A stretch of DNA of 64,000 nucleotides from NCBI GenBank assembly GCA_016931515.1, contig JAFGEQ010000002.1, positions 26,278 to 90,277 on the forward strand. The letters are read 5' to 3'. The stretch's first letter is position 1. Each line of letters begins with the position of its first letter. A program made the translations under genes and the position numbers. The stretch comes from a candidate division CSSED10-310 bacterium. GTDB lineage: Bacteria; CSSED10-310. The notes beneath the pieces were generated by a model. That model saw only the letters and a list, made by a program, of their open reading frames with translations. It made no database searches and was not told where the DNA came from. Of the stretch, positions 56,165 through 64,000 are shown in pieces.

Positions 56165-57125
56165 CTACAATCCTGCTATCACAAGATCGTGCAGACGAAT
56201 AATACCACATGCTCGTCTTTTATCATCAATAACCGGCAGAACAGCTATCTGGCTGCTTCTCTCCTCCATCAGTCGCAAAGCATCCATTGCCAGATCCTGG
56301 CGATTCACAGAAATCGGATCCTTTGTCATCAATTCATCCACTGTTATCTCCAGAATATTCGGATGCGTCTGAATCGCCCGGCGGAGATCGCCATCTGTCA
56401 GAATTCCTTTCAATACGTGTTCAGGAGTTACAATCAGAACCGCTCCCATTGATTTTCCGGTCATCGTAATCAAAGCGTCTTTCATTCGCGTTCCCGATCT
56501 GACCAATGGTGTCTCATCACCGGAATGCATTAGATCCTCTACTTTGAGAAGAAGCCTTTTTCCCAAAGTGCCTGCGGGATGAAACTCAGCAAAATTGTCG
56601 GAGTTAAACTTGTGAAGTTTGATGAGTGCAGCTGCGAGAGCATCACCAATCACCATCTGAACAGTCGTGCTGGCCATCGGCGCCATCCCCATCGGACAAG
56701 CTTCCCGTGGCACCGTGAACCCGATGACGGCATCCGCCGATTGTCCAAGATGCGACTCCCGCCGTGCTGTTACGGCAATTACTTTGATCTTTCTGGATCT
56801 TACGAACATCAGGAGTCTGCGAATCTCATCCGATTCGCCACTGTTGGATAGAAGAAGGATGACATCCTGGGGTACGATCATTCCCATATCGCCATGCAGA
56901 CATTCGACTGGATGAACAAACACGGATTGCGTTCCGGTACTTGACAAAGTTGACGCAATCTTCCTCGCAACAAGTCCGGATTTGCCTATACCCATTGTCA
57001 CGATTTTTCCCCGACAGCCCATGATCATCTCGACAGCTGTGACAAAATCCTGATCCAGCACATCCCTTGACGCCCTTATCGCTTCTGTTTCCTTATCAAA
57101 AACATCCTGCGCGTCGTGTATAATT

Positions 57126-57139
<14 letters not shown>
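56165..57139 (-). CDS. kdsD: Arabinose-5-phosphate isomerase (KpsF/GutQ/KdsD family; SIS plus tandem CBS)
   Basis: 324 aa; SIS domain (GKIVTMGIGKSGLVARKIASTLSSTGT) followed by two CBS domains; adjacent to kdsA. Confidence 0.8.
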
Positions 57140-58927
<1,788 letters not shown>

Positions 58928-59052
58928 CTACCTCCCATCCGATGTAAACGTCTTCTTACCCGATCCAGTTTAAACGTAACAGAGTCATTTGCAACTGGTT
59001 TCGGAACAAACCCGTCGACATCCGGCACTGAGTTCACTATGATTGCGTTCTG

Positions 59053-59766
59053 ATGACCAGTATGAAAACCGGCACATCCATTCACCCGATTGATACAGCA
59101 GCCTTTGTAGCAGTTATTGTGTCAGGTGGCACTGGCCGACGATTTGGTTCATCCAAGCCGAAACAGTTTTCATCGCTAGCTGACCAGACGGTTCTGTCCT
59201 GCTCCGTCAATGCATTCTGTAATTTTACGGGGCTGCAAGAACTCATTATTGTATCCCATCCGGATTGGTTGGATGAAACACGTAAAATACTGAAAGACAC
59301 CATCCGAACAGGACAGATTAAAATTGTGGCTGGTGGCGAATTCAGGCAAGACTCCAGTCGACTCGGCCTCGAAGCAATCACTTCATCTGATAGCATTCCT
59401 GTGCTCATACACGATGCAGTTCGTCCATGGATTTCAACTGAACTGATACACTCCATCCTGGCAGCAGTTCTCTCCGGTTGCTGCGCCGTGATTCCGGTGC
59501 TTTCAACCCATGATAGCATGGTTATGATCCGGAATGGTATCGTCACGGAGTATATCGACCGGTCCGAAATCGGCCATGTTCAAACACCTCAAGGATTTTT
59601 CCTCAATGTTATTCGCAAAGAGCATCGCAGAGCATTCGCTTCCGGGAAACGACACTTTACGGATGATGCATCCCTGATGCTGGCGGGAGGATACCCAGTA
59701 ATGGCTATCCCCGGGGATCCGTTAAATAAAAAAATCACGGTTCCCGGTGATCTAAACTCGAGCTGA
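59053..59766 (+). CDS. ispD: IspD-family cytidylyltransferase (2-C-methyl-D-erythritol 4-phosphate cytidylyltransferase-like)
   Basis: 237 aa; the N-terminus AVIVSGGTGRRFGSSKPKQFSSLADQTVL parallels E. coli IspD AVVPAAGFGRRM...PKQYLSIGNQTIL; the length matches IspD, but TarI-type specificity cannot be excluded. Confidence 0.65.
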   Translation: MTSMKTGTSIHPIDTAAFVAVIVSGGTGRRFGSSKPKQFSSLADQTVLSCSVNAFCNFTGLQELIIVSHPDWLDETRKILKDTIRTGQIKIVAGGEFRQDSSRLGLEAITSSDSIPVLIHDAVRPWISTELIHSILAAVLSGCCAVIPVLSTHDSMVMIRNGIVTEYIDRSEIGHVQTPQGFFLNVIRKEHRRAFASGKRHFTDDASLMLAGGYPVMAIPGDPLNKKITVPGDLNSS

Positions 59767-60430
59767 TACCTCCGGCCCGATCCCAGATATATAACCATGT
59801 CAATGCAATTGTATTCACTGCGCTGGAGTAAGTAATCGTACCCGTTCCGAAGGGTGCCGACAACAGATCATAATCAGCAATTCTTTTGTTTTCCCTGTTC
59901 AGGGTTTCCTCCAGTATAGCGGTCAATTGATCTCTACGTTCAGCGGAACGTATGAGCAGTTGTCTAAGCCCTTCAGCGGATCTTGGCCGGGAGTCCAGAC
60001 CTCTCCAGCGAATCCTAAAATACTGCCGGTTCTTTTGTAAAAAGATTGCATAATCTGTAATCCAGTTTGCATCATTCAACCGGGACGGCTGTGTCAGGAG
60101 AGAATGAATATCCGATATTCGCCGGGCAATTCGGCCGAGTAACCGAGAGCCGCCCGAATATGAGTGATCAGTAGTGAATGAGCGAATCGCAGACTCACTA
60201 TCAGTCAGAATAGCATTAACATTCTCCTGCAGATTCATTCTTTGAGTGGGTTGAGTCATCTGACCGGCATAAACATCATCCGCATAATGTTGAATGACCC
60301 ATTGCAAGTTTGCCGGCATCAATTTTTGGGCATCACCGATCATGCCAAGATAGTTTTGCTCCGTCCAGCATGCTTGAGTTGCAGCAATCAGTACAAGATA
60401 TCCTGTCAGCAAGGTAATCAATCTGCGCAT
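59735..60430 (-). CDS. Hypothetical secreted protein
   Basis: 231 aa; signal peptide (LLTGYLVLIAATQA); no family recognised; 32-nt convergent overlap with the ispD end. Confidence 0.35.
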   Translation of the reverse strand: MRRLITLLTGYLVLIAATQACWTEQNYLGMIGDAQKLMPANLQWVIQHYADDVYAGQMTQPTQRMNLQENVNAILTDSESAIRSFTTDHSYSGGSRLLGRIARRISDIHSLLTQPSRLNDANWITDYAIFLQKNRQYFRIRWRGLDSRPRSAEGLRQLLIRSAERRDQLTAILEETLNRENKRIADYDLLSAPFGTGTITYSSAVNTIALTWLYIWDRAGGISSSLDHREP

Positions 60431-60572
60431 GAAACCTCCTCAACACCGCAGTCACAATAGCAGGTCACGGTAACGTGAGCAATTAATTTCGATTGGAGAG
60501 TCATAAACAAATCAGGTATGATTGAAGTGCATTGTTTTTTTGAACGTTACATATGGAGGTTAGAGGAATTTT

Positions 60573-61436
60573 ATGCTCAAGGCAGGAATTTTTGTGGATG
60601 CTGAAAATGTTATGAGAACCGGCGGATGGGGTTTGCGTTACGACACGTTGCAAGAGTTTGTCCGTGCTCAAAACGCTCATATCATCCGTGCAAACACTTA
60701 CCTTGCTCAGGATAATGAACGAGAAGCCCTGGATGTCGAGTTTCGCCGGAAGAAGGATTTATATCGATCTAATCTGAGACAAATGGGTTACAAGGTCGTC
60801 TTAAAACCAGTGCGCAGGTACCGGGATTCTGAGGGCGTTCTTGTTACTAAAGCGAATGCAGATCTCGAACTGGCAGTTGACGCTATTATGCAGGCGCGTG
60901 AATTGGACTACATCGTTCTTCTATCCGGAGACGGTGATTTCACACGATTGGTGACAGCCTGTCAGGATTTAGGATGCCGAGTAGATGTCATTGGTCTTCA
61001 TTATTGCAGCCGGGAATTACGAGAAGCAGCCGATCATTTTGTTTCAGGCTTTTTAATTCCGGAGCTTCTTCCTGTACCCGATGGTCGAAGCCGTGGTCTT
61101 TTAACAGCGGTAAACGAGGAAAAGTACTTTGGTTGGCTATCCATTTTTCGATCATTGAAGCTGGATGATATCGATCGGGAAATCTTCATTCACGGCAATG
61201 ATCTTGAAGGCGGTCGCATGACCAATGAACGATTCGCAATACTGCGTGAGCAGCAGGCTATCATTGACTTCCAATTAGTGGAGGACGAGAGAGGTCGACG
61301 AGCTGTCAACGCGGTCGTATTGAGACCCGAAGAGAGCACCTGGCCGGTTAAGCGGGAAGGTGAGGAGGCGGAGAATACTGCTGAGCCACCGATCATCGAC
61401 GAACGAATCAAGGGAGATACAAACTATGAAGATTAA
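60573..61436 (+). CDS. NYN-domain (LabA-like, PIN-related) protein with C-terminal extension
   Basis: 287 aa; N-terminal GIFVDAENV and central LLSGDGDFTRLV blocks typical of NYN/LabA/DUF88 ribonuclease-like domains; a ~110-aa C-terminal extension, possibly an OB or cold-shock-like fold. Confidence 0.6.
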   Translation: MLKAGIFVDAENVMRTGGWGLRYDTLQEFVRAQNAHIIRANTYLAQDNEREALDVEFRRKKDLYRSNLRQMGYKVVLKPVRRYRDSEGVLVTKANADLELAVDAIMQARELDYIVLLSGDGDFTRLVTACQDLGCRVDVIGLHYCSRELREAADHFVSGFLIPELLPVPDGRSRGLLTAVNEEKYFGWLSIFRSLKLDDIDREIFIHGNDLEGGRMTNERFAILREQQAIIDFQLVEDERGRRAVNAVVLRPEESTWPVKREGEEAENTAEPPIIDERIKGDTNYED

Positions 61437-62508
61437 TTTCACATGGCCGGATCACTTGATACCGATGGTGGCCCCATTAGGTGGCGACCAGTTCATGGTC
61501 GATCTTTTTATCAACAGCATTCTCCTGGAAAATGATGAAGTGATACCTCGCCGTTTTACACGAATGATTCTGGATCTATTGAATGACGATAAACCTCTCT
61601 GGAGGATGGAAATCCCGCTTCCAGCATTAATGTCACATCTGGCGGTGGACTCTGAGTTAAATACTCTCTCAGAGGAGAAAAAACGAAATTACGTAGGGGA
61701 GCATCTGGCAGATCGAATGGACAGAATCCAGACGGATCCGGTATTCCAGCCGGGCAGTCGAGGACTGTTAAGGCGTTTCCCGATTCGTTTCCTGGCAACA
61801 TCCATACCGGATACACTGATCGCTCGTGCTTTTTCAGGACCTCATCTGATTGGACGAGCCGAGATCGCTGTTCGACCTTTCTCGAACAAACGAGCTTATC
61901 ATTTTCCGGTATCTGGTGCATGGCAGGTAATCAATAACTTTGATTATACACTGGGACATCGTGCTTATGCCGGTCAAGAGTTTGCGATGGATTTTGTCCA
62001 GTTGGGTTCTGATGGATTGTTAAGAAAAGGACTCTCGAATGATCCATCGGATTATTATTGTTTTGGCGCGGAAGTCGAAGCGATGCATGACGGTGTTGTC
62101 GTGCATATAGAAAGCCGGATACCCGATAATTCTGCAGGTTGTAATTCAAACGGAAAGGCTTTTCAGAAACGCGTAGATAAGTATGGTTATACTTCCGGGC
62201 GCTCCGGGAACCATATCATCATCCGGCATGATGAGGATCGTTTCAGTTTTTATGCACACCTTAAGACTAATTCGATAGATCTCAAACCCGGGGACGAAGT
62301 CCGGCGCGGGCAAAGAATAGCCCTGGTTGGCAACTCCGGTCATTGTTCCCATGCCCATCTCCACATCCAACTGAATGAGGGAGAAAATCCGCTGGGTCAC
62401 CGAGGACTTCCAATGTCTTTTGATAATCTTTTTGATTTTTTCGGGCAGCCGCTACCTTTCATAACTCACAACAATCTCCTTGTTCACCGAGCGGTTAAAG
62501 ACCGGTGA
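61426..62508 (+). CDS. M23 family (LytM-like) metallopeptidase
   Basis: Track ORF 61360..62508 with an ATG at ~61426 (MKINFTWPDH). M23 motifs HIIIRHDEDRFSFYAHL and GNSGHCSHAHLHIQL (HxxxD ... HxH). Confidence 0.75.
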   Translation: MKINFTWPDHLIPMVAPLGGDQFMVDLFINSILLENDEVIPRRFTRMILDLLNDDKPLWRMEIPLPALMSHLAVDSELNTLSEEKKRNYVGEHLADRMDRIQTDPVFQPGSRGLLRRFPIRFLATSIPDTLIARAFSGPHLIGRAEIAVRPFSNKRAYHFPVSGAWQVINNFDYTLGHRAYAGQEFAMDFVQLGSDGLLRKGLSNDPSDYYCFGAEVEAMHDGVVVHIESRIPDNSAGCNSNGKAFQKRVDKYGYTSGRSGNHIIIRHDEDRFSFYAHLKTNSIDLKPGDEVRRGQRIALVGNSGHCSHAHLHIQLNEGENPLGHRGLPMSFDNLFDFFGQPLPFITHNNLLVHRAVKDR

Positions 62509-62538
62509 CACTGCTGTAATACAGTGTATACGGACAAA

Positions 62539-64000
62539 AATGCCGATCCCGGAACAAGAACCGCTTCCATTTGGCCGGGTCTGATCTGTCTGTGTATCTG
62601 CATTGGTATACTCTTCCCGGGAGCAATATTTAAGGGTAAAGCGATTCTGCCCGGTAATCTCCTTTATGCGTATCATCCATGGCAAAGTGAATTCCCTGAC
62701 CAATCGATTCAGCCAGTCAATTGGATTCTTTTCGACGAAATTCTGGAGTTTATTCCCTGGCGCGAAACAATCAGAAAGAATGTTCTGTCAGGACGGATTC
62801 CTTTGTGGGATCCCACTGCATTCTGTGGTTTTCCATTTGCGGGAATATATCAAAATGCACTGATCTACCCACCTGACCGGTTATTGGATTTTTTGCCTGT
62901 CAGTACATATACGTTGATCCGGAATGTTTTTCACATTTTGCTAGCCGGCGCAGGAATGGGTTTTTACCTGAAAAGGTATCGAATGAAACAATGTGCCGTT
63001 ACATTCGGTACACTTGCCTTCGGAATCTCCGGATTTATGATTGTATGGCTGGGTCATCCCCACGCAAAAGTCGCTGCATGGCTGCCAATGCTGTTTCTTG
63101 GAATGGATCATATCCTGTCGAAATCCCCCAAAGCTGTCCCGATCGCAGGCTTGGCTATGACCATGACACTTATTGCAGGACATATCGAGACAGCTCTTCA
63201 TACCATCAGTGCAGCCCTCCTCTATCTGATTCTTTCATTATTTATAGACAAGGAATCCCGACATCATATTTTCTTTAAAACCCTTATTGTATTATTCGTC
63301 TCAGTCATATCCCTCTGCATTGCGGGCAGCATGATTATACCGTTTTCTGAATATCTTACACGCTCAGTCGCTTTTGCAACACGGTCATCAGGTGTTATCA
63401 CGCAAGGTTGGCTCGATCCCATTCTTGCTATTACCCTTCTTATGCCGCGAGTCTTCGGAAGTAGTGCTGATTTCAATTATTGGTATCCGGGCTTCAACTC
63501 CTCAGAAATCGGTGGTGGATATGTCGGAGTCATCACCGTTCTGCTGGCAATTACAGCGGTGTTTGCTCTCTGGAGAAAACCGTTCGTAATCAAACATGGA
63601 CTGCTGGTTCTTTTAAGTGGGCTGATATCTTTCGGTATACCTCCATTCTATTCTCTGATCAGCAAACTCCCAGGTTTTAAAATGTCATATAACTTTCGCC
63701 TGGTGATAATTCTGGGCTTCTCATCAATTGCCCTAGCCTCTTATATGATCGACAGAATGATCGAAAGTATCCGTCCAATAATGCGATATGCCTCATCCGT
63801 GACAGCTATCCTGTTATCAGCACTCTGTTTTGCATCAATACCGATTCTTCTGAGGCATACTGATCAAATACCCGTGACTCGGCCATCCGTATCCGCAATT
63901 GCAACCACTATCATTCTGATATTCGGCGCATTAACTGTTCTCCTTTCAGGGAAACACCTCTCAGCAACACCTCAAATCTTTCTGATGTTGCTCGTAATTA
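62539..64000 (+). CDS. Polytopic membrane protein, 5' partial (continues beyond the window)
   Basis: Absent from the ORF track because it has no in-window stop. I translated frame 1 by hand from the ATG at ~62539 (MPIPEQEPLPFGRVLICLCICIGILFPG...) and it stays open to position 64000, with ~12 hydrophobic helices; YfhO-like or GT-C-like topology is possible. Confidence 0.5.

Overview
This ~48% GC window reads as chromosomal DNA from a Gram-negative bacterium that makes Kdo/LPS and is probably an anaerobic fermenter. Most of it is ordinary, densely packed housekeeping: split glycine dehydrogenase (gcvPA/gcvPB), RNase P RNA (type A), a DnaE2-like polymerase, a TrmJ-like methyltransferase, a buk-etfBA-membrane Fe-S oxidoreductase cluster, a heterodimeric ABC exporter pair, MgtE, TrxB, and KdsD-KdsA-Fcl/IspD/WecB envelope genes with several glycosyltransferases. 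The notable part is a ~15 kb stretch (about 36.7-51.3 kb). It holds a 1711-aa protein that fuses a catalytically degenerate Ser/Thr-kinase-like domain, a P-loop (STAND-like) NTPase, TPR-like repeats, a GAF-like region and a C-terminal sigma-54-activator AAA+ domain with Fis HTH. A PP2C phosphatase gene follows it, and an FHA-domain membrane protein lies nearby. Next to these sits an orphan type III secretion export-gate mini-cluster: SctU/FlhB, an unknown low-complexity protein, an LcrH/SycD-like class II TPR chaperone, and SctV/FlhA. The chaperone argues for an injectisome-type rather than flagellar system. Other points of interest are an MshEN-motif (c-di-GMP receptor-like) protein, a helicase with a DUF1998 domain (MrfA/YprA-like), a GNAT-MocA fusion, an acyl-AMP ligase-ACP-PlsC tri-domain fusion, and a lipid-linked glycosylation trio (GT2, GT-C and a UbiA DPPR-synthase-like protein). 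No CRISPR array, tRNA or obvious mobile element was seen. Coordinates taken from the ORF track are exact. Coordinates I derived by hand (alternative starts, repeats, ncRNA ends) may be off by a few nt.
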